Origin: Eubacteriales bacterium
Lineage (GTDB): Bacteria > Bacillota > Clostridia > Oscillospirales > QAKW01
Direction: 5' to 3'
NCBI GenBank assembly: GCA_045541555.1
Contig: JAZQJH010000059.1
Coordinates: forward strand, 16,641 to 80,640
Length of the DNA stretch: 64,000 nt
In this document: piece after piece, positions 44,014 through 53,657 of the stretch
Numbering within the stretch: position 1 is the stretch's first letter
How the letters are laid out: every line of letters starts with the position of its first letter
Notes under the pieces: model-generated
What the model saw: the letters and a program-made list of their open reading frames with translations, nothing else
Databases searched by the model: none
What the model was told of the DNA's origin: nothing
Position numbers and translations under genes: made by a program

Positions 44014-46359
44014 ATGAATCTCATGAGACCCCGCTATCAGGTAAAGCCTAAAAAGTGGGCCAGATACCAATATAATCTGACCACCCCCCTCGGCGAGAAC
44101 GGCCAACGCCTCAGCGGTTGCCCTGCGCACATCGCGCTTTCCCGTCGGGTTGCCGGCGAAGGCATGGTGCTTTTGGAGAATAACGGACTGCTGCCCCTCA
44201 AAAAGGGAACTGCCGTTTCCCTTTTCGGCATCGGCAGTCTGGACTACGTCAAGGGCGGCGGCGGAAGCGGCCAAGTCTATTGCGAATATATCCGCAATAT
44301 TTATGAAGGCTTTCTTTGCCAGGCTCCGGACTACTCCGTTTATGAGCAGGTAAGTAAGTACTATTATGATTATGCGGTTCCCCTCCTGCCGGAGTATGAT
44401 AGCGACCGACTTTACGACGAAATCGAACTGCCTGCCGAGCTAATCGCCGATGCGGCAGCCCATTCCGACGTGGCGATCATCACCATTCACCGTTATTCCC
44501 GGGAGCATTTTGACCGCTCCGGCGAAAAGGGCGATTTTTACCTCACCGATACCGAGCAGAAATTGGTAGACGACGTCACCGCGGCTTTCGATCATAGCGT
44601 CGTCGTCCTGAACGTCGGCGGTATGGTGGACGTCTCCTGGATCAAGAATAATGCCAAGATCGATGCCGCCTTGATGGGCTGGCAGGCCGGTATGGAGGGC
44701 GGTCTGGTGATTGCCGATATTCTTACCGGTAAGGTCAACCCCTCCGGTAAGCTGACCGATACCTTCGCCAAGACCTTTGCCGATTATCCCTCCACCGATA
44801 CCTTTAATGCCAGCGACGATTACGTCTGCTACTATGAAGATATTTATGTGGGCTACCGCTACTTTGAGACCATCCCCAAAGCAAAGGATCGGGTCAATTA
44901 TCCCTTTGGCTACGGCCTTTCCTATACCACCTTCGAGCTTTCCAAGCCGGAAGCCGCCCTCAAGGGCGATACCATTGAAGTCACCCTGACAGTGACCAAT
45001 ACCGGCAAGGTTGCCGGTAAAGAGGTGGCGCAAATCTATTATTCCGCCCCTCAGGGCGTGCTGGGCAAGCCGGCCATTTCCTTGGCAGCTTTTAAAAAGA
45101 CTGCCCTTCTGCAGCCGGGTGAAAGCGAAGAGATCACCTGTTCTTTCCCCGTCAGCGATATGGCCAGCTATGATGACCTGGGAAAACTGCAGATGTCTGC
45201 CTACGTTTTGGAAAAAGGCGATTACCGCTTCTTTGCCGGCAATAGCTGCCGCAATCTGCAGGAGGCTGATTATCGCTATACGGTAACGGAAGAATTCATC
45301 GTCACCAAGCAGCTCACCCAAAAATGCGCTCCCAATAATCTGGAAAAGAGAATGCTGGCAGACGGCTCCTTTGAAGCCCTCCCCTCTTTCCCGGTCAAGG
45401 AGTTTAAAGACTACGGCATCGAGAACCCTGCCCTGCAGGTGGAGGTACCGGAACATCCCAAAGGCCCCGGCCGGGCCTGGAAGCTGGAGGACGTGGCAAT
45501 CGGAAAGATCACGATGGAGCAGTTCATCATGCAGATGACCGATGATGAATTGATCGGACTTGTGAGCGGTGTTCCCGATCGCGGTGCCGCCAACACCAAG
45601 GGCTTTGGTGATATTCTTCGCCTGGGTATCCCGGCATTCATGACCGCCGACGGCCCTGCCGGCATCCGTATGTCGCCCCGGGTAGGACTTCCCACCACCG
45701 CCTGGCCCTGCGCCACCCTCATCGCCTGCACCTGGGATCCCAGTCTGCTCTATGAGATCGGTAAAGCCGGTGCCTTGGAATGTAAGGAAAACGGCATGGC
45801 CACCTGGCTGACCCCTGCGCTCAATATCCACCGTACCCCGCTCTGCGGCCGGAACTTTGAATACTTCAGCGAAGATCCGCTGATCTCCGGTAAATTTGCC
45901 GCCGCCAAGGTGCAGGGCATCCAGAGCGAAAACGTCGCCTCCTCCGTCAAGCATTTCGCCTGCAACAATAAAGAGATCAACCGTAAGATGAGCGATAGCC
46001 GGGTCTCCGAGCGCGCCCTTCGGGAGATCTACCTCCGCGGCTTTGAGATCTGCGTCAAGGAGGCTCAGCCCTGGACCATCATGAGCAGTTATAATATCAT
46101 CAACGACCGCCGTTGCTGCACCAGCTATGAGCAGCTGACCGGTATTCTCCGGGAAGAATGGGGCTACGAGGGCATCGTCATCACCGACTGGAACACCCCC
46201 TGCGACCAGACCTATTGCGTCCTGGGCGGCACGGAGATCCGGATGCCGGTAGGCGATCCCGACGTGCTGAAGGAATCCCTCTATAATAACCGCATCACCA
46301 CCGGCGATCTGCAAAAGAGAGCCAAGGCAATTCTGGAACTGTTCCTGAAGTTTGATTAA
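44014..46359 (+). CDS. glycoside hydrolase family 3 enzyme with permuted domain order
   Basis: 781 aa. The GH3 alpha/beta-sandwich and Fn3-like parts come first (YPFGYGLSYTTF...). The catalytic barrel comes last (KHFACNN...SDW-type ITDWN). An AGGAGG RBS precedes it. Confidence 0.85.
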   Translation: MNLMRPRYQVKPKKWARYQYNLTTPLGENGQRLSGCPAHIALSRRVAGEGMVLLENNGLLPLKKGTAVSLFGIGSLDYVKGGGGSGQVYCEYIRNIYEGFLCQAPDYSVYEQVSKYYYDYAVPLLPEYDSDRLYDEIELPAELIADAAAHSDVAIITIHRYSREHFDRSGEKGDFYLTDTEQKLVDDVTAAFDHSVVVLNVGGMVDVSWIKNNAKIDAALMGWQAGMEGGLVIADILTGKVNPSGKLTDTFAKTFADYPSTDTFNASDDYVCYYEDIYVGYRYFETIPKAKDRVNYPFGYGLSYTTFELSKPEAALKGDTIEVTLTVTNTGKVAGKEVAQIYYSAPQGVLGKPAISLAAFKKTALLQPGESEEITCSFPVSDMASYDDLGKLQMSAYVLEKGDYRFFAGNSCRNLQEADYRYTVTEEFIVTKQLTQKCAPNNLEKRMLADGSFEALPSFPVKEFKDYGIENPALQVEVPEHPKGPGRAWKLEDVAIGKITMEQFIMQMTDDELIGLVSGVPDRGAANTKGFGDILRLGIPAFMTADGPAGIRMSPRVGLPTTAWPCATLIACTWDPSLLYEIGKAGALECKENGMATWLTPALNIHRTPLCGRNFEYFSEDPLISGKFAAAKVQGIQSENVASSVKHFACNNKEINRKMSDSRVSERALREIYLRGFEICVKEAQPWTIMSSYNIINDRRCCTSYEQLTGILREEWGYEGIVITDWNTPCDQTYCVLGGTEIRMPVGDPDVLKESLYNNRITTGDLQKRAKAILELFLKFD

Positions 46360-46399
46360 AAAATGGCTGTGAAAAACGTTCGTTTTTGACAGTCTGAAT

Positions 46400-46433
46400 A
46401 ACGCCCGGTCTTATATAGACCGGGCGTTGTTTA
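46400..46433. terminator. intrinsic terminator between convergent genes
   Basis: AACGCCCGGTCT, loop TATAT, AGACCGGGCGTT, then GTTTATT. Confidence 0.7.
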
Positions 46434-46449
46434 TTATAAAGAAATCGTG

Positions 46450-48168
46450 CTAAAAAGAATGAACATTCTTTTGATCTGCGCTGATTTTTGCCGCCGAGTT
46501 TTCTTCTTCTAATTTTTTATACGCTACCTTTCCCACAAGGGTTTTCGGCAGTTCCTCCCGAAATTCCAATTCCCGGGGACAAGCATATTTTGCGATATAA
46601 GTCTTACAATAATCTAAAAGCTCCTCTTTCAGCTCCACGGTAGGGGCCACGCCTTTTTTCGGGACGACGTAAGCCTTGACCCGATGCATCCGATAGGGAT
46701 CGGGGACGCCGATGACGCAGGAAAGCTGTACCTTGGGATGCCCGTCCAGGACGTTTTCGATCTGGGAGGGATAGACGTTATAACCGCTGGTGACGATGAT
46801 GCGCTTCAAGCGCTGGCAGAAATAGATAAATCCGTCTGCATCCATCTTTCCCAGATCGCCGGTATGAAGCCAACGCGCACCGTCGTCATGCAGGCGGAGC
46901 GCCTCTGCCGTTTCCTCCGGGTGGCCGAGATATTCCATCATCACCGTGGGACCCTTCAGGCAGATCTCTCCCTCTTCGCCATAGGGAACCTCTTCGGTGG
47001 TGCCCACCTTGCAGATCTTATAGTCCATATCGGGGTAAGGAAGGCCAATACTTCCCTCCCGTTCTTCTTGGTCGGGGGTCAAACAACTGGCGGTGACGCA
47101 CTCCGTCGTCCCATAGCCTTCCCGGATACGCACCGTCGCACCGCGCTCCGCCAAAAAGCGATCCATCTTTTTCTTGAGCTCCACCGAAAGGCTGTCTCCG
47201 CCGGAGAAGACCCCCAAAAGGCAGGAAAGATCGGCACCGTCCAGATAGTCGGTACGGGTCAGCGCCTCGTAAAGGGTGGGGACGCCGGCGATATAGTTCG
47301 GACGCTCCTTTTTGATCAGCCGCGCGTATTCCTTGACGTTGAACCGGGGCACCAGGAGGGAAGTCATGCCGTTGATCAGCGCCGTATGGACGCAGACCCC
47401 CAGCCCAAAGCCGTGAAACATCGGCATGGCGGCTAAGATCCGCTTGCCCTCCACCGGCCGCGCGCACATAGCGGCGGTCTGCAGCCCCAGAGCATTAAAA
47501 TTGAGATTAGAGAGCAGTATTCCTTTATTGATTCCGGTGGTTCCGCCGGAGAATAAAAGCACCGCGCCGTCCTCGGCACGCATTTCCGCCTTTTCAAAAG
47601 GCTTGCCCCCGGCCAGGAAATCTTGCCATAAAATCAGATTATCAGCAGGACGTAATCTCGGGAACTTCCGCTTGACACCGAAGCAATAGCCCCATTTTTT
47701 CATCCCCGTCAATGCATCGTCCATATCGGTGATGATGAGGTGCTTTAAGGGATATTCTTCCTGCACCTGCATCAATTTTTCATAAAACTGGTGGATGGTC
47801 ACCAACGTGGTGCTTTCCACCTCCCGAAGATAAAAAACGATTTCCTTTTCCGCCGAAAGGGGATGAATAAGGCTGACCACCGCCCCCAGTTGGTTAAGGG
47901 CATAGAGGCAATAGACCGTCTGGGGAATGTTTGGCATACAGAGGGTGACCCGATCCCCTTTCCGTACCCCCAAGCCCCAAAAGGCTTTCGCGGTTTCCTT
48001 GATCTTCTTTGCCAACTGCTCGTAAGAGACCGCGCGTCCCATAAAGGCCAGCGCATCTCTGGTCGGATGCTTTTCTGCACAGCAAAGCACCGCATCGCTC
48101 ATGGAGCCATGCGGATATTGGAGATGATGCGGTACCGCGCCGTAATGATGCAGCCAGGGTCGGTTCAT
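46450..48168 (-). CDS. AMP-dependent acyl-CoA synthetase/ligase
   Basis: 572 aa. The AMP-binding motifs are FSGGTTGINKG, GYGTTE and TGDLG. Confidence 0.88.
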   Translation of the reverse strand: MNRPWLHHYGAVPHHLQYPHGSMSDAVLCCAEKHPTRDALAFMGRAVSYEQLAKKIKETAKAFWGLGVRKGDRVTLCMPNIPQTVYCLYALNQLGAVVSLIHPLSAEKEIVFYLREVESTTLVTIHQFYEKLMQVQEEYPLKHLIITDMDDALTGMKKWGYCFGVKRKFPRLRPADNLILWQDFLAGGKPFEKAEMRAEDGAVLLFSGGTTGINKGILLSNLNFNALGLQTAAMCARPVEGKRILAAMPMFHGFGLGVCVHTALINGMTSLLVPRFNVKEYARLIKKERPNYIAGVPTLYEALTRTDYLDGADLSCLLGVFSGGDSLSVELKKKMDRFLAERGATVRIREGYGTTECVTASCLTPDQEEREGSIGLPYPDMDYKICKVGTTEEVPYGEEGEICLKGPTVMMEYLGHPEETAEALRLHDDGARWLHTGDLGKMDADGFIYFCQRLKRIIVTSGYNVYPSQIENVLDGHPKVQLSCVIGVPDPYRMHRVKAYVVPKKGVAPTVELKEELLDYCKTYIAKYACPRELEFREELPKTLVGKVAYKKLEEENSAAKISADQKNVHSF

Positions 48169-48189
48169 AAAATAATCCTTTCAAATCAA

Positions 48190-48217
48190 TTGACAAAAAA
48201 TTATAAAAATTTATAAT
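48190..48217 (+). promoter_or_regulatory. promoter (TTGACA-16-TATAAT)
   Basis: TTGACA at 48190-48195 and TATAAT at 48212-48217, upstream of the YitT-family gene. Confidence 0.55.
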
Positions 48218-48283
48218 AATTATACCTTATTCATTTCCAAAAAAATAGTCATTATAGAAATATTTTTTAAGAGGTGTATAAAA

Positions 48284-49141
48284 ATGAAAACTAATTGGAA
48301 ACAGGTGGCGATCGACTACCTGCTGATTGCCTTGGGCACCTTAGTTTTAGCCGTCAGTTTAAATATCTTCTTAGCACCCAATAAGATCTCCGGCGGCGGT
48401 GTCAGCTCCATCGGTACGGTACTGCTCCATCTATTTAAAATCCCTCTTTCGGTAACCAATATCGTCTTTAACGCCGTTCTTTTTGCGGCGGGCTATAAAT
48501 TTCTCGGTAAGGGTGCCGTCATCAAGACGGCGATGGGCATCGTCCTGCTTTCCCTTTTCCTGCAGTTCACCTCTTATTTCCCGGCCTATACCGGCGACCT
48601 GATGATCGCCTCTCTCCTGGGCGGCGTGCTGATGGGGGCCGGCGTTGGCTTGGTGGTGCGCCAGAACGGATCCACCGGCGGCAGTGACCTAACGGCGCTG
48701 ATCCTTCATCGGATCCTGCCCCATATCTCGGTGGCCACCTTTATTCTGATCATCGACTGCACCATCATCATAGGCGCGTCGATCGTCTTCCGCAGCTTCA
48801 CCGTCGCCGCTTATTCGGTGCTCTCCCTTTACCTCTCCTCCATCGTCACCGATCGGATCATGACCTTTGGTGATGAAGCAAAATCCGTCTATATCATCTC
48901 CAAGGAGCATGAAAAGATCGCCGCTGAGGTGATGGAAAAATTCGAGCGCGGCGTCACCGCCCTGCATAGCGTCGGTTGCTATACCGAGACGGAAGGAATG
49001 ACCCTCCTTTGCGTCGTCAGTCCCAAGGAACTTCCCCGACTGATCCGTACCGTCCGGGAGCAGGATAAATCCGCCTTCATCGTCATTAACGACTCCCGCG
49101 AGGTTTTAGGCGAAGGCTTTAAATCTATCAACGACGTATAA
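48284..49141 (+). CDS. YitT-family membrane protein (DUF2179 C-terminal domain)
   Basis: 285 aa. It has the typical YitT N-terminus (DYLLIALGTLVLAVSLNIFLAPNKISGGGVSSIG) and a soluble C-domain. Confidence 0.85.
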   Translation: MKTNWKQVAIDYLLIALGTLVLAVSLNIFLAPNKISGGGVSSIGTVLLHLFKIPLSVTNIVFNAVLFAAGYKFLGKGAVIKTAMGIVLLSLFLQFTSYFPAYTGDLMIASLLGGVLMGAGVGLVVRQNGSTGGSDLTALILHRILPHISVATFILIIDCTIIIGASIVFRSFTVAAYSVLSLYLSSIVTDRIMTFGDEAKSVYIISKEHEKIAAEVMEKFERGVTALHSVGCYTETEGMTLLCVVSPKELPRLIRTVREQDKSAFIVINDSREVLGEGFKSINDV

Positions 49142-49154
49142 AAATTCTATAATC

Positions 49155-49190
49155 AAAAGCTCGGGCTTATTCAGTCCGAGCTTTTATTTT
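49155..49190. terminator. bidirectional intrinsic terminator
   Basis: AAAAGCTCGG, a loop, CCGAGCTTTT, then ATTTTTT. Confidence 0.75.
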
Positions 49191-49520
49191 TTATTCTTCT
49201 ATGATTTTTTTAATACAGTCCAAAAAAGTTTCTTCGCCCCAGGTATTGATCTTAAAAAAGAGCGCCTGACTGCCGCCGGAGGTGATCGCCGAAAGGTGAA
49301 TGGGACCGCCGTTTTGAAACAAGGTGACGCTCATACTGAGCCGATTTCCGCCGGTATAGCTGTACCGCTCAAAGACCCGAACGCTGCACCGGGCACCGTT
49401 TTCATAAAAATCGCTGGTCTCCTCTAAGGAAGCGGAAAAACTGCCGTTGAGGATCCCATCCTCAATGCGGCGCAACAACCCATTGAAATCTCCGCTTAAC
49501 GTGCGTTCGTACTTTGCCAT
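49191..49520 (-). CDS. small conserved hypothetical protein (possibly DUF6054-like)
   Basis: 109 aa and soluble. It is the last gene of a tightly packed four-gene operon, 1 nt after the permease stop. Confidence 0.6.
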   Translation of the reverse strand: MAKYERTLSGDFNGLLRRIEDGILNGSFSASLEETSDFYENGARCSVRVFERYSYTGGNRLSMSVTLFQNGGPIHLSAITSGGSQALFFKINTWGEETFLDCIKKIIEE

Positions 49521-49521
49521 C

Positions 49522-50508
49522 TTAGAAAATTCCTCCTAACTTCAGTAAAAAAGCGGCAAGAAAGACCGAAAGTGCCGAAAAGAGGGTCGTCCAGACTACC
49601 AACTGCCCGGCCAGGGTGGCGTCGCCGCCCATCTCCTGCGCCATCGGCACGGAGGACACCGCCACCGGCGTGGCGAATACCGCCACATAGGCGGCGAAAT
49701 GCGCACCGGTAAAGGAGCCCTTGAAGAAGAGAAAGGCGATCCCCAGCGCGACCGCCGGAACGAAAAACGTCCGCATCAGCGTGCCAAAGACGATCTCACG
49801 GCGAAGCCCTTTAATGGCGGAGAATTCAAACTCTGCACCCAGCACCAAAAGCGCAAGGGGCGTCGCCATATTGGAAAGATAGCCCAAGACCTTATAGACC
49901 GGCTCCACGTCGGTCAGCCGGAAGGACACGCCCCACCGCTCAAAGAGCGCACGGACGCCCAGCACCAAAAGTCCCAGAGCGATGCTTTGAATCAAGGGGT
50001 TTTTGACGATATCCAAAAGGATCTCCCGCGCGGAGGCCTTTTTACCGCCGGCGCGAAAGGCGGTCAGACTGACCACCGCCAGAATATTAAACATCGTAAT
50101 ACTGACCGCCGAAAGAAGGGTCGCCACCTTGGCTCCCTCGTCCCCGAAAAGGGACTGCGCCAAAGGGATCCCGATCAAAGCGTAGTTGGAGCGGAAGGTG
50201 GCTTGCAAAAGCGCGCCGACACTCTCTCTTTTTTTGGCGACCGCCAGGCAAAGAGGGATGGAGACGGCAAAAACCGCCAGCAGCACCACCGCCACGTAGA
50301 GGATATACCCCAGCTCCATATGGGCAAAGTCCTCAATTTTATAGATATTAAGGAACAGCATCGCCGGCAGGAAGAAATGAAAGACTAATTTATTGGCCGC
50401 CTTGATAAAGGCTTCCTTGACGTAGCCGCTGCGTTTCAGGCAATAGCCGATGACCACCAATAAAATGATCGGCGTCACCGCATTTAATGCAAAAAGTAAT
50501 GATTTCAT
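49522..50508 (-). CDS. AEC (auxin efflux carrier) family permease
   Basis: 328 aa and polytopic, with the typical N-terminus FALNAVTPIILLVVIGYCLK. Confidence 0.85.
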   Translation of the reverse strand: MKSLLFALNAVTPIILLVVIGYCLKRSGYVKEAFIKAANKLVFHFFLPAMLFLNIYKIEDFAHMELGYILYVAVVLLAVFAVSIPLCLAVAKKRESVGALLQATFRSNYALIGIPLAQSLFGDEGAKVATLLSAVSITMFNILAVVSLTAFRAGGKKASAREILLDIVKNPLIQSIALGLLVLGVRALFERWGVSFRLTDVEPVYKVLGYLSNMATPLALLVLGAEFEFSAIKGLRREIVFGTLMRTFFVPAVALGIAFLFFKGSFTGAHFAAYVAVFATPVAVSSVPMAQEMGGDATLAGQLVVWTTLFSALSVFLAAFLLKLGGIF

Positions 50509-50510
50509 GC

Positions 50511-51704
50511 TTATTTACAAGCCACCGCATCATCGTAGAAGCGGTCCAGTTCCTCCTTGGTGGCAAAGGTCGCCACAAACATCTGATTGCCCATGGCACC
50601 GGCCAGGGCATCGGGGATGCGATCCAGCATCCGCATATGATCCTGATACTTTTCCGCCAATTCTTCATGGGAGAGGACAAAGTTCTTTCCGTCCCGACGT
50701 CCGGCAAAGGCGCAATAATAATGCTCGCCCTCTTGCATCCGACTTTCGCCGAATGCGATCATATCCGCCCAGATCTTATAGACGTTGGTGGAATTGGCAA
50801 AATTGATCATATCGGGGGTAAAGCCGCCGCAAGGACGCATATTGACCTCCAGGGCGATGACTTCACCTTTTTTGCCAAGCCCCTCTTGATCCCGGGTCAG
50901 CCGGAAGAATTCAAAATGAACGAACCGGCTCTTGACGCCGAAGCTCTTGACCGTCGCCCGACCGGCCTTCCGGGTATCCTCCGGCAGATCCTTGACGATA
51001 TAGTAGCAGCTGTTATCCCGGTTATTGACGATGTCCATAATGGAATCGGGGGTGACGTTGCCGGTCTCAAAAATGGGGTTGCCCTCGCCGTCAATGATGG
51101 CGTCGTAGGAATTGACCTCTGCATGGACGAATTCCTCCATGATATACGGCACGTCCTTGGGATAGCTCTCAAAGAAGTGAACCAGCTCTTCATCGCAGGT
51201 CAACTTATAGGTGGCGGCGGCACCCACGCCATTATCCGGCTTGACGACCACCGGGTAGCCCACCTCGGTGATGAACTTGCGGCAGCCCTGCAGGGTCTTG
51301 ACCATATAGTAGCGCGCCACCGGGATCCCGGCCTTGCGGTAATACTCTTTCATCTTGGATTTATGCTTGATCCGTACCATATCGGCGGTCTGGAAGCCGC
51401 TTTGAATATTAAAATCAGTTCTGAGACGCGCATCCTGCTCCAGCCAGTACTCATTATTGGACTCCAGCCAGTCAATACGCCCATGCTTAAAAGTAAAGTA
51501 AGCAACTGCCCGGTAGACCTCCTCATAGTTCTCCAGACTGCCGACCTTATAGTATTCGTTGAGGCTCTCCCGCAGCTCCGGCTTCAGCTCCTCATAGGGC
51601 TGATCGCCGATGCCGAGGACGTTCATGCCGTTATTTTTGAGTTCCCGGCAAAACATCCAGTAGTTGGTGGGAAAATTGGGGGAAATAAAAATGATATTTT
51701 TCAT
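50511..51704 (-). CDS. ATP-grasp domain protein (carboxylate-amine ligase-like)
   Basis: 397 aa. It has an ATP-grasp core (K..MKEYYRKAGIPVARY...GYPVVVKPDNGVGA...) and a C-terminal extension. Confidence 0.75.
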   Translation of the reverse strand: MKNIIFISPNFPTNYWMFCRELKNNGMNVLGIGDQPYEELKPELRESLNEYYKVGSLENYEEVYRAVAYFTFKHGRIDWLESNNEYWLEQDARLRTDFNIQSGFQTADMVRIKHKSKMKEYYRKAGIPVARYYMVKTLQGCRKFITEVGYPVVVKPDNGVGAAATYKLTCDEELVHFFESYPKDVPYIMEEFVHAEVNSYDAIIDGEGNPIFETGNVTPDSIMDIVNNRDNSCYYIVKDLPEDTRKAGRATVKSFGVKSRFVHFEFFRLTRDQEGLGKKGEVIALEVNMRPCGGFTPDMINFANSTNVYKIWADMIAFGESRMQEGEHYYCAFAGRRDGKNFVLSHEELAEKYQDHMRMLDRIPDALAGAMGNQMFVATFATKEELDRFYDDAVACK

Positions 51705-51723
51705 ATTGTTCTCTTTTCTCTAT

Positions 51724-52458
51724 TTATTTTTCTAAAAGCTTCGGCACAAAATAGGCTACCTGCTTATGCCACCAGGGCCAATCGTGGTTGACGTCTTCGC
51801 CCCAGATGTCTACCCAGATGGAAATACCTTTTTCCTCAAAAAGCTTCTTCAGCCGGAAGGTGGTATGAGGCTCCTCCCAAGCGCCGGTACCGACGCAGAT
51901 GATGCCCCGGTTGCGGTTATACTTTTCGGTAAAAGGATGATCCGCCGGGTAATGCGCCATATAGTGCACCGGGGAATTCTGATAGACGATCTCGTCCATA
52001 TAAGTACCAAAGCCGTAAGAGGCGTCATAAATTCCGCTCAGCGCCAGCATCCCGGTGATGCGATCGGGAAATCGCAAAAAGAGATTGACCGCGTGGGTCG
52101 CGCCTAAGCTGCAGCCAAAGGCGGTCACGCCCTTCCGACCGCACCGCTCTTCCAGCATAGGCACCGCCTCATCGATGAGATACCGCATCCACGCTTCATG
52201 AAGCCGGGCACGCTCCTCAGCAGGACGATCCCGATCCGACCAGGTCTCCTTATCAATGGTGTCGATGGCCAGCACCATCACCTGGCCGCTTTCCAGCCAA
52301 GGCCCCCATGTATCGGTCATATTGAAGTTTTCAAAATCGAAATAGCGGCCGTCCTGGCAGGGGATAAAGAGGATCGGCATGCCGCCGTGGCCGTAAAATT
52401 CACATTCCATCTCCCGGCCGAGAGCGTTGGAATAATGCTTAACGTACTGTTTTTCCAT
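51724..52458 (-). CDS. alpha/beta-fold esterase family protein
   Basis: 244 aa. It shows the nucleophile elbow GCSLGA and the putative-esterase pattern (ILFIPCQDG...). Confidence 0.75.
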   Translation of the reverse strand: MEKQYVKHYSNALGREMECEFYGHGGMPILFIPCQDGRYFDFENFNMTDTWGPWLESGQVMVLAIDTIDKETWSDRDRPAEERARLHEAWMRYLIDEAVPMLEERCGRKGVTAFGCSLGATHAVNLFLRFPDRITGMLALSGIYDASYGFGTYMDEIVYQNSPVHYMAHYPADHPFTEKYNRNRGIICVGTGAWEEPHTTFRLKKLFEEKGISIWVDIWGEDVNHDWPWWHKQVAYFVPKLLEK

Positions 52459-52492
52459 AATCGTCTCCTATCTATATAGAATTACTATAACA

Positions 52493-52521
52493 TAACCCGA
52501 TAAAAAATGCAATTCTCCAAA
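52493..52521 (-). promoter_or_regulatory. promoter of the esterase / ATP-grasp operon (TTGCAT-17-TATAGT on the reverse strand)
   Basis: The reverse complement reads TTGCATtttttatcgggttatgtTATAGT, about 25 nt upstream of the RBS AGGAGA. Confidence 0.5.
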
Positions 52522-52524
52522 AAG

Positions 52525-52551
52525 AAAAAACGCCTTTATAAGGCGGTTTTT
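52525..52551 (-). terminator. intrinsic terminator retained by the SGNH gene fragment
   Basis: AAAAAACGCC, a loop containing the stop codon, GGCGGTTTTT. Confidence 0.7.
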
Positions 52552-52790
52552 ATAAAGTTTTCTACCAACACGGCCGTCCGGTCGTAGCCCTTGGCGGTAA
52601 GGTGCTGACCGTCCAGATAAAGACTGCCGGCGGCGATATTTTCCTCCGGGGTCTTTCGAGGATCGTACTGCTCCGGCAGGAGCGGATCTAAGCCGCTTTC
52701 CTCCCAGAGATCCAGATAGGGGATCTCCCATTTCTTGCAGACAGCGATGGCCATCTCAAAAAAGGAGCGGCGGATGAAACGGCTGTTCTA
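52536..52790 (-). pseudogene. 3' fragment of an SGNH/GDSL-type hydrolase gene
   Basis: Only the C-terminal ~75-85 residues are present (..IPYLDLW...LYLDGQHLTAKGYD..), which looks like block V of SGNH hydrolases. An in-frame stop lies just upstream, and the 5' side collides with the DUF4367 gene. Confidence 0.5.
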
Positions 52791-53337
52791 TCATCAAAAG
52801 CATTTTTACTATACCTGGATCAACACCGCCGCCAAGCGTGTAGCCTGTATTTTAGTGGCAATCTTTTTGGCCGCCACCATCACCACCGTCAGCGTAGAGG
52901 CCCTGCGGGAAAGCTTTATCCGCTTTGTGGTAGAGACCTTTGAAAAGGGTAGTGCCATCTGGTTTTCTAAAGAAGACGAAGACACTCTTACCTATCAGCC
53001 CATCACTCCTAAAATTCCAACCTACTTACCGGAGGGGTATCACTTAGTGGCGGATATGAGTGATGAAATTGAATTAAATATGATCTATGAAGGACAGGAA
53101 ACAGAAAATATAAGTTATCAGCAACAGCTAAAAGATTCAAAGTTAACAGTCAACACAGAGGGCGTCGATTACAAAAAAATGGTGATCTCTGATTCCTACG
53201 AGGGCATGATTTTTCAAAACAAGGGGAATACTTTTCTAATCTTCAATGATAACGAATACATGTATTCTTTCGTTGGAACAGTCTCTCAAGAAGAGATCAT
53301 AAAGATCGCTGAATCCATCCCTTTTGAGGAAAAATAA
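52774..53337 (+). CDS. DUF4367-domain membrane protein (anti-sigma-like C-terminal module; N-terminal domain missing)
   Basis: The start is trimmed to MKRLFY. It has one TM helix (VACILVAIFLAATITTVSV) then a DUF4367-like region (YLPEGYHLV...ISYQQQ...). No zinc-finger anti-sigma domain and no adjacent sigma gene are present. GC drops within the gene. Confidence 0.6.
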   Translation: MKRLFYHQKHFYYTWINTAAKRVACILVAIFLAATITTVSVEALRESFIRFVVETFEKGSAIWFSKEDEDTLTYQPITPKIPTYLPEGYHLVADMSDEIELNMIYEGQETENISYQQQLKDSKLTVNTEGVDYKKMVISDSYEGMIFQNKGNTFLIFNDNEYMYSFVGTVSQEEIIKIAESIPFEEK

Positions 53338-53363
53338 AAAATTTTAAAAAAATTCCAGATTTC

Positions 53364-53588
53364 TTGTCACAAATCGTTCCTCTCAAACGAGTTATAGGGC
53401 AAAGGAAGACGTTGCTTTGGTGGAGTGAGGTGGAAACCTGGAGCGCTACCTATAATACTTATTACGGCACGCTCTCCAAAACCGCATCCGTCAAAAGCGG
53501 CACTTACCGTGTGAAGGCTGTTTACACCGTCTATAGCGGCAGTAACAGCAAAAGTATCACTGACTATAGTAGTCAGAAAACTTGCTGA
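53364..53588 (+). pseudogene. possible gene remnant (74 codons, TTG start)
   Basis: It has no ATG start and no RBS. Only the C-terminal-looking sequence (GTYRVKAVYTVYSGSNSKSITDY) seems protein-like. Confidence 0.25.
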
Positions 53589-53657
53589 CCAAAGAGCGGA
53601 ATATCTGATTTATGATCATTCTGCTCTTTGTACCAATAAATAATTAGAGGAAAAAAC

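Noticed and set aside
44440-46314. 624-aa minus-strand ORF
   Set aside because: It is an antisense shadow of the GH3 gene, which has clear family motifs and an AGGAGG RBS.
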